Positions 45,229-56,285 of a stretch of DNA of 64,000 nucleotides are shown here, one piece after another. Below the pieces are notes generated by a model. The model was not told the DNA's origin. It saw nothing but the letters and a program-made list of their open reading frames with translations, and did not search any database. How positions within the stretch are numbered: position 1 is the first letter of the stretch; every line of letters starts with the position of its first letter. The DNA lies in NCBI GenBank assembly GCA_019650635.1, contig BOXE01000002.1, positions 133,547 through 197,546 on the forward strand, written 5' to 3'. The DNA comes from Alphaproteobacteria bacterium (GTDB lineage Bacteria > Pseudomonadota > Alphaproteobacteria > Methylaequorales > Methylaequoraceae). Both the position numbers and the translations under genes were made by a program.

Positions 45229-47364
45229 ATGAAAAAAATAAAGTTACCAGAACCAGACTTTCTTTCCAGCCTTAACGAGCAGCAAAAGCAAGCCGTTCAA
45301 AATACTGAAGGACCATTACTTGTTCTTTCGGGTGCAGGAACTGGGAAAACAAAAGTTTTAACGTCTAGGTTAGCAAATATTATATATAACAGGAAAGCAA
45401 AAATGTCTGAAATTTTTTGTGTCACATTTACTAATAAAGCTGCACACGAGATGAAAACAAGAGTTGAAAAGATGCTCAGCCATCCAATTGAGGGGATGTT
45501 TATTGGAACATTTCATTCTATAGGACTAAGATTTTTAAGAAGAAACTCGGAGTTGGTTGGTTTAAAAAATGATTTCACGATATTAGACAAAGATGACCAA
45601 TTAAGACTTGTAAAGCAAGTAATTTCTCTTGAAAATCTTGATCCAAAAGTTTACGTTCCTAAAAATTTTTTATACATGATTGATCAAGTTAAAAATGCTG
45701 GATTGGAAACTGAGGATGTTGACAATCATGAATTCGAAATCGAAACAAAAGGTAAGTTTAAACAAATTTACAAATCATATCAATCTAGACTCTCAAATTA
45801 TAATTCAGTTGATTTTGGAGATCTAATACTATTACCAATAAAATTATTTAAGGAAAATAAACAAATCTTGGAATTTTATCAAAAAAAGTTTAAATACACT
45901 TTAGTAGATGAGTATCAAGATACAAATTCAGCACAATACATGATGTTGAGATTACTTACAGAATTAAATAGAAACTTGTGTTGCGTAGGAGACGAGGATC
46001 AATCTATTTATGGATGGAGAGGGGCAGAATTAAAAAATATTCTAAATTTTGAAAGAGATTTTGACAATTCAAATATTATTAGACTGGAACAGAATTATAG
46101 ATCTACAGGTAATATTCTTAAAACTGCATCATCAATAATTTCTGAAAATACAGAAAGGATAGGTAAAAAACTTTGGACCTCAGATAAAGATGGTGATCCG
46201 GTTTTAATCAGAAATTTCGAAGATGATGATTTTGAGGCAATTTTCATTGCACAAAAAATCAAAGAATTTAAAAAAAAAGGTATATCCCTTACTAACATTG
46301 CAATTTTAACAAGAGCAAGTTTTCAGTTTAAAGATATTGAAGATCGATTTTTGAAAGAAAATATAAAATACAGAGTTGTTGGTGGCCTTAGATTTTATGA
46401 AAGAGCAGAAATCAAAGACGCAATGGCTTACTTTAGAATATTAATAAATAAGTCAGACAATTTATCATTGGAAAGAATATTAAACACTCCAAAGCGAGGG
46501 TTAGGTAAAGCTTTAATTAAAAACCTCTATGATATTGTACAAAAAAAAAATGTCTCATTATATGAATCCTTGAAACTTCTAATTTTATCAGGGACATCAA
46601 ATTCCTCACAAAAAAAAAATATTCAAAATTTCATTTCTATTATTGACAGACATTCATCTGCTTTAAAAAGTACAAAACACTTCGAGGTAGCCGGATCACT
46701 GCTTGATGAAGTTGGTTATACTGAAATGCTTCAAAAAGAAAAAACACCAGAATCTGAAGGAAGATTAGAAAATTTAAAAAAACTTATAACAGATTTGAAG
46801 AATAGAAACTCATTAGAAGAATTTATTGAAGAAGTCAGCCTTTTGAATGACACTTTAAATGATAGTGATTTTAATGAAAAAGTTTCTTTAATGACACTAC
46901 ATAGTGCAAAAGGTCTTGAGTTTGATTTTGTTTTTCTTCCAGGTTGGGAGGAGGGAATCTTTCCTAATCAAAGAAACATTGATGAATATGGAAACAAAGG
47001 ACTAGAAGAGGAGAGACGCCTAGCTTATGTAGGTATTACAAGGGCAAGAAAAGAATTAAATATTTCATATGTAAATTACAGAAAACAATACAACTACAGT
47101 ATATATCGTTCTATACCTTCTAGGTTTTTATCAGAACTTCCTGAACAAAGTTGTAAAGTTTTTCAAGTTGTGGAAAATATTAAAAAAAAAAATATGAAAC
47201 TAGAGCAATTTTCAAATCCAGATTTTGAAGTTGGAGAGAAAGTTCAACATAAAGAGTTTGGTTCTGGAACAATCTTAGGAATATCGGATAAAAAACTTCA
47301 AATACGGTTTGAAAATTCTGATGAAGTAATAAAAGTATTTTCTGATTTTGTTTCAAAATTATAA
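45229..47364 (+). CDS. uvrD: ATP-dependent DNA helicase, UvrD/PcrA/Rep family
   Basis: 711 aa with SF1 motifs GAGTGKT (I), TFTNKAA (Ia), DEYQDT (II), GDEDQSIYGWRGA (III) and VGITRAR (VI). Confidence 0.9.
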   Translation: MKKIKLPEPDFLSSLNEQQKQAVQNTEGPLLVLSGAGTGKTKVLTSRLANIIYNRKAKMSEIFCVTFTNKAAHEMKTRVEKMLSHPIEGMFIGTFHSIGLRFLRRNSELVGLKNDFTILDKDDQLRLVKQVISLENLDPKVYVPKNFLYMIDQVKNAGLETEDVDNHEFEIETKGKFKQIYKSYQSRLSNYNSVDFGDLILLPIKLFKENKQILEFYQKKFKYTLVDEYQDTNSAQYMMLRLLTELNRNLCCVGDEDQSIYGWRGAELKNILNFERDFDNSNIIRLEQNYRSTGNILKTASSIISENTERIGKKLWTSDKDGDPVLIRNFEDDDFEAIFIAQKIKEFKKKGISLTNIAILTRASFQFKDIEDRFLKENIKYRVVGGLRFYERAEIKDAMAYFRILINKSDNLSLERILNTPKRGLGKALIKNLYDIVQKKNVSLYESLKLLILSGTSNSSQKKNIQNFISIIDRHSSALKSTKHFEVAGSLLDEVGYTEMLQKEKTPESEGRLENLKKLITDLKNRNSLEEFIEEVSLLNDTLNDSDFNEKVSLMTLHSAKGLEFDFVFLPGWEEGIFPNQRNIDEYGNKGLEEERRLAYVGITRARKELNISYVNYRKQYNYSIYRSIPSRFLSELPEQSCKVFQVVENIKKKNMKLEQFSNPDFEVGEKVQHKEFGSGTILGISDKKLQIRFENSDEVIKVFSDFVSKL

Positions 47365-48202
47365 TATTTTGAAAAAAGTTACCTTTTTAATTAAATCAAA
47401 AAAACATGAAAGTTTAATAGCTTGGATTTTTTCAAAATATAACAATATTTCAATTTTTCCAGAAGGTAATTATTTAAAAGTAGAACTTCTTTTAAATAAT
47501 TCAGAAATCAATAACTTTTCTTCAAGTAAACTCAGAAAAAAATTTGGTAATTTTACTTTAACTACAATTAAAAAAAAAGATTGGGTGTATCAAAATATTA
47601 AAGACGATCAAGGCACTCAAACAGAATTCTTTTATATAAGTCAGGGACTATCAAATAAAATATCAAACAGAAAGTTCAAATTAAAAATTCCAGCTAATAA
47701 TGCATTCGGAACAGGGAGTCATGAATCAACTTTTTTATCAATTATTTGTATAGAATATTTAATTAAAAAAAAGTATTACAGTTCAATTTGTGACGTTGGA
47801 ACTGGTTCTGGAATTTTATCATTTGTATTAAATAAAACTACAAAGCAGAAAATTGATTCTATTGACAATGATTTTAAAATTAAAAAAACTTTTTTTAAAA
47901 ATCTAAGTACTAATCATTTAAATAACGTAAGGTTTTTTAATCAAAATGGGTTAAATAGTTTTTTTCTAAGAAATAAAAGTTATGATTTGATAGTTGCAAA
48001 TATATTACTAATAACTCACAGAAAACTTGTAAAACAATACTATAATAAATTAAAAAATAATGGTGAAATTGTTATATCGGGGATCCTCATTGATCAAGAA
48101 ATGGAAATAATATCAATTTTCAATAAATTTAACTTTAAATTAAAAAAAAAATTTTATAGTTTCAAATGGGTTGGACTTATATTTGAGAAAAAAAGAAAAT
48201 GA
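47348..48202 (+). CDS. prmA: ribosomal protein L11 methyltransferase
   Basis: PrmA signature FGTGSHESTFL and the SAM motif DVGTGSGIL. Confidence 0.75.
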   Translation: MFQNYNILKKVTFLIKSKKHESLIAWIFSKYNNISIFPEGNYLKVELLLNNSEINNFSSSKLRKKFGNFTLTTIKKKDWVYQNIKDDQGTQTEFFYISQGLSNKISNRKFKLKIPANNAFGTGSHESTFLSIICIEYLIKKKYYSSICDVGTGSGILSFVLNKTTKQKIDSIDNDFKIKKTFFKNLSTNHLNNVRFFNQNGLNSFFLRNKSYDLIVANILLITHRKLVKQYYNKLKNNGEIVISGILIDQEMEIISIFNKFNFKLKKKFYSFKWVGLIFEKKRK

Positions 48203-49938
48203 ACATGATAAATAATTTAGAAAAATTAATAAAAGAAATTTCTTTGAAAAAAATTGATTTTTACGTCATTTCTACTAACGATGAAAATTTACTTGAATAC
48301 ACTCCAGATCAAAACAAGAGATTACAATGGCTTACAAACTTTTCTGGCTCGAATGGAATTGCATTAATATCCAAGAAAAAAAAAATCTTTTTTACTGATG
48401 GAAGATATATTTTACAAGCAAAAAAAGAAATAGATTCTAAATTTAAAATTATTGACTTACAAAGTGAAAGCTTTTTCTTATTTTTGCAAAAAAACATCAA
48501 ACATAAAACAATGTTGATAGATTACAGAATCTTTAATATTAAATTTGTAAAAGAATTAAAAAGGATTGCCGAGTTAAACTCTATAAAGATTTATCATGAT
48601 AAAAAAAATATTGTAGACAAGATTTGGGATAGAAAAGTTAAGAAGAATCAAAAATTTTGTTTTTTTTTAGAAAAAAAAATATCTGGTGAAGACACATTAT
48701 CTAAAAAGGAAAGGATATTTAATAAAATTAATTACGATTTTTTAATTTTAACTTCATCAGAATCAATTTGCTGGCTTATGAATTTAAGGGGTTTTGATTT
48801 AGAACATACACCAATTGTTCTTTGCAGAGCAATTGTAACTAAAACTACCATTAAACTATTTACCGATTTAAATAAGTTTCCATGTAAAGTAAAAGTAAAA
48901 GGAGTTCAAATTTTTTGTTTCGGAGAATTTGAATCTGAGATTTTAAAATTACCTAAGAATAAAAAGCTTGCTCTCGATTCCTCATCATCATATTTTTATT
49001 ACGAGTTGATGAAATCAGCAGGACTTAAACTTGATCTAATAGAAGACCCATGCATTAATATAAGATGTAAAAAGAATGAAGTTGAGATAAAACATTCCAT
49101 TAAATACCATATTTTAGATGGTGTTTCTCTTGTTAAGTTCTTTTATTGGTTAGAAAAGTCAAAATTTTCTTCTGATTTAGACGAGGTAAATGTTTCAAGA
49201 AAGCTTGAAGATTTTAGAAAACAAAATAAAAATTATTTTTCCTCAAGTTTTCCGACTATTTCAGCTTTTGGAAAGAATGCATCAGTTATTCACTATAATC
49301 CAATTCAAAATAACAAAAGATTAATTTCAGGACAGTTATTTTTGTGTGATTCTGGGGCACAATATTTAGGAGCTACTACTGACGTCACTAGAACAATTTT
49401 TATTGGAGGTAGCAAACCTAAAAAAGAGTATATTTTAAATTATACAAGAGTTTTAAAAGGACACATAAACCTTGCTATGATTAAATTCCCTAGAGGAACA
49501 AGAGGACATCAAATAGATAGTTTGGCTAGATATAGTTTGTGGCAAAATGGTTTGGATTACAGTCATGGAACTGGACACGGAGTTGGCAGTTTTTTAGGAG
49601 TACATGAAGGACCACAATCAATTTCAAAAAATTTTAATAAATCCGAGCTGAAAGAGGGAATGGTCCTATCAAATGAACCAGGATATTACAAAAGCGATTG
49701 TTATGGAATAAGAATAGAAAATCTTTTATTGATTATACCTTCAAGATACAAAGGATTTTTAGAATTTAAAAATTTGACTCTTTATCCTTATGAAAAAAAC
49801 CTTATAGATTTAGACCTATTGACCGATGTTCAAAAAAAATGGATTAATAGATACCACTCAGATGTATACAAAAAACTAAAAAAATATCTCAAGCAAAATG
49901 AAAAATCATGGCTATTTAAAAAGACTCAACATTTTTAA
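48199..49938 (+). CDS. pepP: Xaa-Pro aminopeptidase (M24B, aminopeptidase P)
   Basis: 579 aa with an N-terminal creatinase-like domain and a C-terminal pita-bread fold carrying the metal ligands (DSGAQY, HGTGHGVG, NEPGYY). Confidence 0.8.
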   Translation: MNMINNLEKLIKEISLKKIDFYVISTNDENLLEYTPDQNKRLQWLTNFSGSNGIALISKKKKIFFTDGRYILQAKKEIDSKFKIIDLQSESFFLFLQKNIKHKTMLIDYRIFNIKFVKELKRIAELNSIKIYHDKKNIVDKIWDRKVKKNQKFCFFLEKKISGEDTLSKKERIFNKINYDFLILTSSESICWLMNLRGFDLEHTPIVLCRAIVTKTTIKLFTDLNKFPCKVKVKGVQIFCFGEFESEILKLPKNKKLALDSSSSYFYYELMKSAGLKLDLIEDPCINIRCKKNEVEIKHSIKYHILDGVSLVKFFYWLEKSKFSSDLDEVNVSRKLEDFRKQNKNYFSSSFPTISAFGKNASVIHYNPIQNNKRLISGQLFLCDSGAQYLGATTDVTRTIFIGGSKPKKEYILNYTRVLKGHINLAMIKFPRGTRGHQIDSLARYSLWQNGLDYSHGTGHGVGSFLGVHEGPQSISKNFNKSELKEGMVLSNEPGYYKSDCYGIRIENLLLIIPSRYKGFLEFKNLTLYPYEKNLIDLDLLTDVQKKWINRYHSDVYKKLKKYLKQNEKSWLFKKTQHF

Positions 49939-49960
49939 AAAGTCAACAATTATCAAATAA

Positions 49961-51611
49961 TTAACTTTCAATAAGTTTTTTTGCTGCTTCAATTGCTTCA
50001 TTTGTAATTTGTTTTCCTGACAGCATTCTTGCTATTTCATTGGTTTTGTCATGGCCATCGATTTTAACAACGTCTATGGATGTAATATTATTTAGTAATT
50101 TTTTTTTAACTAGAAAGTGATGAACACCGAGCGAGGCAACTTGAGGAGAATGTGTTACGACCAAAACTTGCCTATTTTTCCTAACTTTTTAATCTTTCTC
50201 CAACTGCTGTTGAAACTGCCCCACCTATTCCACTATCCACTTCATCAAACACCATTGTAGAAACACTTTCCTGTTCTGCTGTTACCTTTATTGCAAGAGC
50301 AATTCTACAAAGTTCTCCCCCTGATGAAATACTTTTAATTTCACCCATTTTAGATTTCGGGTTAGTTTTAATATAGAAAGTAACCTTATCTTTCCCAAAT
50401 TCAGTATTTTCACAATCGCTTATCATAGTTTTAAATTTTGCATTCTCTAGCTTAAGTTCAGGAAACTCAGCATTAATTCTATTATCCATTATCTCAGCGT
50501 TCTTTTTTCTAAGATTTGAAATTATTTGAGATTGGTCTAGATATTTTTTTTCTATATCTTTTAATTTATTGGCCAGTTTTTCAATATTTAAATTGCTTTC
50601 TTCGCTTAATTGCAACCTGTTTTTTATTTCAATTAATTTTGATTCTAAAAGATCAGGTTCAATTGAATGTTTTTGTGATAATTTTTTATAATCAGATACT
50701 CTATCGTCTATCTTTTCTAGTGAACTGTGATCAAGTTCTTGATTTAAAAAGTTTTCGAGTGTTTTACAAATTTCAGATGCCTCAAACGATATAGAATCTA
50801 GTTTTTCAATCTCAGTTATAGTTGTTTGATCTAAAAGTTCTCGGATTTGATTGAGCATTAACAAATTTTTAGCAAATAATTTTTCAATACCTGGAGGATC
50901 CTCTCTTATAAAGTTATTTATTATCTCGTTTAAATTCTCATTTATTTTTCTAGAATTTTGTAAAATTTTTTTTTTTTGCTCTAGTTTTTCAAATTCTCCT
51001 TTTTTTGGTTCAAAATTTTTCAATTCATTGTAATAAATTTCAAATTCTTCTCTCTTATTTTTAATTTCTTCAAATCTAGATCGCTCTTCAACATATTTTT
51101 TTTCTGCAGCTCTCAATTCAAGCCATGTTTCAGAGAGTTTTTTTAATTCACTCTGGTAATTACCAAAATCATCTAATGTTGACATATGTGTTGAATTGTC
51201 AAGTAATCCTTGTTCCGAGAACTGACTATGAATTTCAAAAAGATTTGAGGTTATTGCTTTTAGAGTTGTTAAACTAACAAGATTATCATTTATCAAAGCC
51301 TTACTTTTACCATCACTGTCAATTATTCTTTTAATAATTATTTCATCTTCAACATTAATATCAAGTTCATCCAATACCTTTTTAATTAAGGTATATTTTG
51401 AAATTTCTACTAAAGCAGTAATTACAGTTTTTTGTCCATTATCTGAACGTATATTTGTTTTAACTCTTCTTCCAGATAGAAGCTCCAATGATTCAAGAAT
51501 CATGGATTTTCCTGCACCAGTTTCTCCAGTTAACACACACAAACCTATGCCGAAATCCATTTCAATCTTATCTATTAACATTAAATTGTTGATTGATAGA
51601 TGCCTAATCAT
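49961..51611 (-). CDS. recN: DNA repair protein RecN, two frameshifts near C-terminus
   Basis: N-terminal Walker A GETGAGKS and a long coiled coil (50181..51611). The C-terminal ...VVTHSPQVA signature/D-loop piece lies in 49961..50164. The frame changes between 50160 and 50185. Confidence 0.88.
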
Positions 51612-51613
51612 AA

Positions 51614-52441
51614 TTAAAGTAAATCTAGGTCTGATGATTTTAATTTTTTAAGATCAAGTTGTTTTTTTTTATATTTTGCTAAATTTTTATTAATTTTATA
51701 TTTTTCTACAATTTTTGATCCTTCACGAGTCCATTGAGACCTTGGAAAATTATACTCTAATATTTTGAAAAGATAGTATGATTGCTTAATTAATCCAATG
51801 GAAACATAAGATTCAATTAATCTAAAAATGGATTCTGGTATTTGAGTTGATTGTCTATATTCTCTTAAAACGACTTTATATCTTTTAACGGCTGCTAAGT
51901 AATCACCCTGAGATTGATAATATTTACCTACTTTAATTTCCTTGGCTGCCAAATGATTTTTTAGTTTTTTTATATGTTTTTTGGATTTGACTGCATACTT
52001 AGATCTTGGATACCTATTTATCAATTCTGAAAATTCTTCATAAGCTCTGGTTGAAAATTTTTGATCAAGATTTATGTCTGGAATTCTTTCAAAATAAGAG
52101 TAGGCTTTTAGATAAATTGCATAAGGTATTAATTCATGATTTGGATTAAGTTCCACAAACTTACTCAAATTTAGGATTGCCTCATCATACTCGTTTGCGG
52201 AATAGTGTGCAAAACCAGTCATCAATTGACCTCTAGAAGCCCAGGGTGAATAGGGGTATTGAATTTCAAGCTCAGTAAAATTATCAATTGCTTCTTCATA
52301 TTTTCGTTTTTTTAAATTTTTCATTGCTAAATTATACAGAGCTACATCATCGGAAGTAGATATATTTGCTTTAATTTCTTTATCTGAAGAACAAGAAGAG
52401 AAAAACAAAATAAATATGAGGGTTAGCATATTTATATTCAT
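51614..52441 (-). CDS. bamD: outer-membrane protein assembly factor BamD (ComL/YfiO TPR lipoprotein)
   Basis: Lipoprotein signal with lipobox (...FFSSCSS) followed by TPR repeats. It sits between lpxC and recN, as in other alphaproteobacteria. Confidence 0.8.
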   Translation of the reverse strand: MNINMLTLIFILFFSSCSSDKEIKANISTSDDVALYNLAMKNLKKRKYEEAIDNFTELEIQYPYSPWASRGQLMTGFAHYSANEYDEAILNLSKFVELNPNHELIPYAIYLKAYSYFERIPDINLDQKFSTRAYEEFSELINRYPRSKYAVKSKKHIKKLKNHLAAKEIKVGKYYQSQGDYLAAVKRYKVVLREYRQSTQIPESIFRLIESYVSIGLIKQSYYLFKILEYNFPRSQWTREGSKIVEKYKINKNLAKYKKKQLDLKKLKSSDLDLL

Positions 52442-52489
52442 GCTAATTATTTTTAAATGATTTAATTTATTTATAAAGAAAATTTTAAT

Positions 52490-53356
52490 TTAATTAGAAC
52501 AGACTAGTTCCCAATTATTGGGAGATTGAAAAACTCTCTTTAAGAGTTGAATGTTTGTTTCATGTCCAGGATGTGATGAAAAAAAAGAACCTAATATTCT
52601 ATAACCTGACAGAGAAATATCACCAATAAAGTCAAGAAGTTTGTGACGGACAAATTCATCGCTAAATCTAAGTCCATCTTTATTTAACACATTATCTTCG
52701 TCTAATACAATTGCGTTGTCTAAACTTCCTCCAAGAGCTAATTTATTTTTTCTAAGATTTTCTACATCTTTAAGAAAACCAAATGTTCTGGCCTTACAAA
52801 TTTGAGATTCATAAATTTGAGGTGTAAGCATTACTGAAATGCTTTGTTTTCCAATTAATTTGTGTTCATAATCTATTTCGGTTGAAATAAGAGTATTGTC
52901 GAATGGACAAACTCTTGCGTATTTTTTTCCTGATTTTACTTCTACAGGTTTTTTTATTTTAATAAATTTTTTGAAGGATTCCTGTTCTTCAAAACCAACT
53001 TCTTTAATTTTCTTTACAAAATCTTGAGCAGATCCGTCATACACTGGAATTTCATTTGAATTTAATTCTATAATAACATTATCAATTTCAAAGGCATATA
53101 TTGTTGATAGAATATGTTCGACAGTTGAAACAGAATTTCCATCTCTATCTGATAAAAGAGTACAAAGCTTTGTCGACCTTACGTTTCTATAGTCTGCTTT
53201 AATTAAAATGATTTTATTCCCTATCTTACGTCTAAATACAATTCCAGTATTTTCGATTGCAGGAAAAATTTTCATTGATACTTTATTGCCTGTGTGGAGA
53301 CCAATTCCCTTAAAAACTATTTCATTTTGCAGAGTTTTTTGTCTTGCGGCAGTCAA
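52490..53356 (-). CDS. lpxC: UDP-3-O-acyl-N-acetylglucosamine deacetylase
   Basis: The N-terminus TLQNEIVFKGIGLHTGNKVSMKI and the zinc-ligand His residues. It ends with a HPGHETN-like motif (SSHPGHETN). Confidence 0.92.
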   Translation of the reverse strand: MTAARQKTLQNEIVFKGIGLHTGNKVSMKIFPAIENTGIVFRRKIGNKIILIKADYRNVRSTKLCTLLSDRDGNSVSTVEHILSTIYAFEIDNVIIELNSNEIPVYDGSAQDFVKKIKEVGFEEQESFKKFIKIKKPVEVKSGKKYARVCPFDNTLISTEIDYEHKLIGKQSISVMLTPQIYESQICKARTFGFLKDVENLRKNKLALGGSLDNAIVLDEDNVLNKDGLRFSDEFVRHKLLDFIGDISLSGYRILGSFFSSHPGHETNIQLLKRVFQSPNNWELVCSN

Positions 53357-53486
53357 AAACTTAGGAAGTGTGGACTCGATAAATAGATGTTTACTTTCAA
53401 CTTTATTATTGCTTGTAACATATTTTATTTTTAACGAAATTCTAACAAATATTCAAATCACAAAAAGTTACAATTTGTTTCAAAAT

Positions 53487-54707
53487 CTATGCGTAACTTT
53501 CTTCTATCCAATTTTCAAGTTTATCAAATGCTGTAAAAAAATTATTTTTTGTCAATTCATTTAAATTATTAAACTCATTATTTTCATGTGCTAACTTTAT
53601 TAAACCTAATATTGTACTAAATTCAGGTTTATTATGAAAAAAACTTTCTTTATTGCTATTAGAGCCTATCCTAACTCTTCTGTTAAATATACTTTCAGAA
53701 ATGTCGGTTAATCCGTAAATTTTACTTGCACCTCCCGTAATTACAATTGATTTAATACTTACTCTTGCATAAATATCATCAAACATATGGTCTCTTATAA
53801 TTTCAAATATTTCTTCATATCTTGGTTTAATAATTCCATAAAGTAAATTCCTACTTATTGTTTTATTATTAAAATTTTCAGAATTAATTTCTATTTTTTC
53901 ATTAAAAGGAAGGTTTAGAGTTCCATAAATGATTTTTGAATGCTCTGCTGATTCTCTTGAAATCTCGAGACCCTTAGCTATATCATTGGTCACATGTTCA
54001 CCGCCAATTGCAACTACCTTTGTGTATACGATCTTCTCTTCAACAAAAACAGTAATTTTTGAAGTTTTCGCACCAATGTCAATACATGCAACACCTTTAG
54101 TTTTTTCTGAATTGGTTAGGTTTGCTTCTGAGGAAGCTATACCAGAGTCAAAATAACTTCTTATATTAATTTTTTGATTCTTAAAACATTTATTTATAAT
54201 TTCAAATAAATTATAACTACTGTAAACATTGAATGAAAGTATTCCTAATTTGTCACATTCTTTCCCTAACGGATCATTGATAATTTTATTATTAATTCTG
54301 AAATTCAAAGGATAAGAATGTACAAGGTATCTACCTCTTAATTTTGATTCTATTATAGACTTTTTAAAAATTCTCCTGATATCTTTTTTCGTAATTGCAA
54401 TTTTTCCAGAATAAATCTCACTGTAATTTTTTTTACTTATTAAATTTATATCTGTTAAGTTGCTGAAACATTTGTAATCACTTATTTTTGAGTTTTTGGG
54501 CAAGCTTTTTTTAACAGCTTTTGCAATTGTTAGGGAAAGTTTGTGTTGATCAATTTCATTGTTATTTAAGAAACCGTTACTTTTTTGATGATCCATTCCT
54601 AATATGTAAGGTTTGTTATCTTTAATTTTGAAAAAAAGACAAACTAGTTTGTCGGTACCTATGTCAAAAACGCAATATTTTTCTTTACTTTGAATAATGT
54701 TTAACAT
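53487..54707 (-). CDS. ftsA: cell division protein FtsA
   Basis: Actin-fold ATPase: ...GVACIDIGAKTSKITVF...VVAIGGEHVTNDIAKGL and VITGGASKIYGL. Confidence 0.85.
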   Translation of the reverse strand: MLNIIQSKEKYCVFDIGTDKLVCLFFKIKDNKPYILGMDHQKSNGFLNNNEIDQHKLSLTIAKAVKKSLPKNSKISDYKCFSNLTDINLISKKNYSEIYSGKIAITKKDIRRIFKKSIIESKLRGRYLVHSYPLNFRINNKIINDPLGKECDKLGILSFNVYSSYNLFEIINKCFKNQKINIRSYFDSGIASSEANLTNSEKTKGVACIDIGAKTSKITVFVEEKIVYTKVVAIGGEHVTNDIAKGLEISRESAEHSKIIYGTLNLPFNEKIEINSENFNNKTISRNLLYGIIKPRYEEIFEIIRDHMFDDIYARVSIKSIVITGGASKIYGLTDISESIFNRRVRIGSNSNKESFFHNKPEFSTILGLIKLAHENNEFNNLNELTKNNFFTAFDKLENWIEESYA

Positions 54708-55387
54708 TTTTTATTACTCATATAAACCCTTCTAAAAACTCTTAAATCAAAAAAATTAAATTGGCTATACAACTCTGACTTTGTTATATCTTGAAATATA
54801 TCTAAAACTTTTTCAAGTTTTTTTAGTGGAAGTAAAACACACTTGTTGTTGTGAAAGATTAATTTCCATCCAATATCGTTTTGGTAAAAAATACTATTTA
54901 TGCTACTTAAAGTTTTTTCTTTTTTTAATAAAAGATTATTTAATTCTGAGATTTGCAAATTAGCATTATTCCCGAATAATTTAATTATACTATCTTTCTC
55001 CTCCTTTATATCAAATTTTAAAATACTACCATCAAAATCTATATAATTAATGTTTTCATCTCTGATCCAAATCATAAATGGTTCTGTTTCATCAATTTTG
55101 ATTTGTAATATCCCACTCCAGTTTAAATAAAAAGTAAAATTTTTTATTTCATTAAAGTTTTCTAAATCTTTTTTTAATTTGAAGGGATTGAATTTCCAAA
55201 AGCTTTGTCCTTCTTTAACACTTATTTTTTTAAAGAAATAATCTTTAGAAATTTTATCGTTATTTATTAATTCTATAACTTTTATTTTTTTTTTCTTGAA
55301 AATTTCTTTTATATCATTGCTTTTTATTACTAAATTTACTGCAAGTATTGTAATTAAAGCTAATAAAAATATTATAAAAATTCGCAT
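54701..55387 (-). CDS. ftsQ: cell division protein FtsQ
   Basis: 228 aa with a single N-terminal TM helix followed by a POTRA-like domain. It sits between ddl and ftsA. Confidence 0.7.
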   Translation of the reverse strand: MRIFIIFLLALITILAVNLVIKSNDIKEIFKKKKIKVIELINNDKISKDYFFKKISVKEGQSFWKFNPFKLKKDLENFNEIKNFTFYLNWSGILQIKIDETEPFMIWIRDENINYIDFDGSILKFDIKEEKDSIIKLFGNNANLQISELNNLLLKKEKTLSSINSIFYQNDIGWKLIFHNNKCVLLPLKKLEKVLDIFQDITKSELYSQFNFFDLRVFRRVYMSNKKC

Positions 55388-56285
55388 TCTGCATATGTCA
55401 GTAAAATTTCACACAGTTCAAGAAATTCTGTTCCTTTGCTTTTGGCCATTTCAGGTAGAAGTGAGTTTTGGGTTAGACCAGGTTGTGTATTTATCTCTAA
55501 AAGAAACAACTCTTTTGATTTAGTATCATATCTAAAATCTAATCTTGAGATACATTTGCAATTAAGTGCCTTGTGAATCTTCAAGGAAATATCTTTCAAT
55601 TTATGTTTTACTTTGTCTGGCAATTTAGGGTCAAGAACATGTTTAGCAATCGTCTGGTATTTATTTTTAAAGTCATAGATTTCACTGTCAAAAATAATTT
55701 CCATGATCCCACATATTTTATCTCTAGTATTCCAACTGTAATTTCCCTTCCGTCAATAAACTCTTCAACCATGTACTTATGAAGTTCGTCAGTATCATTG
55801 TTTTTGAAATCATTTAATTGTTTTTCATTTTCAATCTTGAGTAAATTTTTACTAGATCCACCGCATATTGGTTTAACTATAAATGGATATGAAGAGTTGG
55901 TAAATTTACTATTTATATCATAATTTTGTGGAAATCTGATTCCCAAAGATTTATAAAAGTATTTTGATACAACTTTGTTCATAGCTATTGATGACGCCAA
56001 AACTCCTGAATGTGTATAAGGAATTTTTAAATAATTTAAAATTGATTGTAATTGACCGTCTTCGCCGAATATTCCGTGTAAACAATTAAAAACTTTATCT
56101 GGTTTTGATCTAATTAAATCATTAATTAGTTTATTACAATCATGATCAACATCAATTAATGTTGTGTCATATTTTTTTTGTAAGGTTTTGTATACTTGAT
56201 TAGCAGTTAAAATAGAAATCTCTTTTTCATCTGAGATTCCGCCTCTTAATACTGAAATTCTTTCAGACTTTTTTAAATTCACCAA
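55372..56285 (-). CDS. ddl: D-alanine--D-alanine ligase, frameshifted
   Basis: The N-terminal part (55608..56285) carries ISVLRGGISDEKEISI and FIVKP. The C-terminal part (55372..55704) carries RLDFRYD...LLEINTQPG. Confidence 0.88.
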
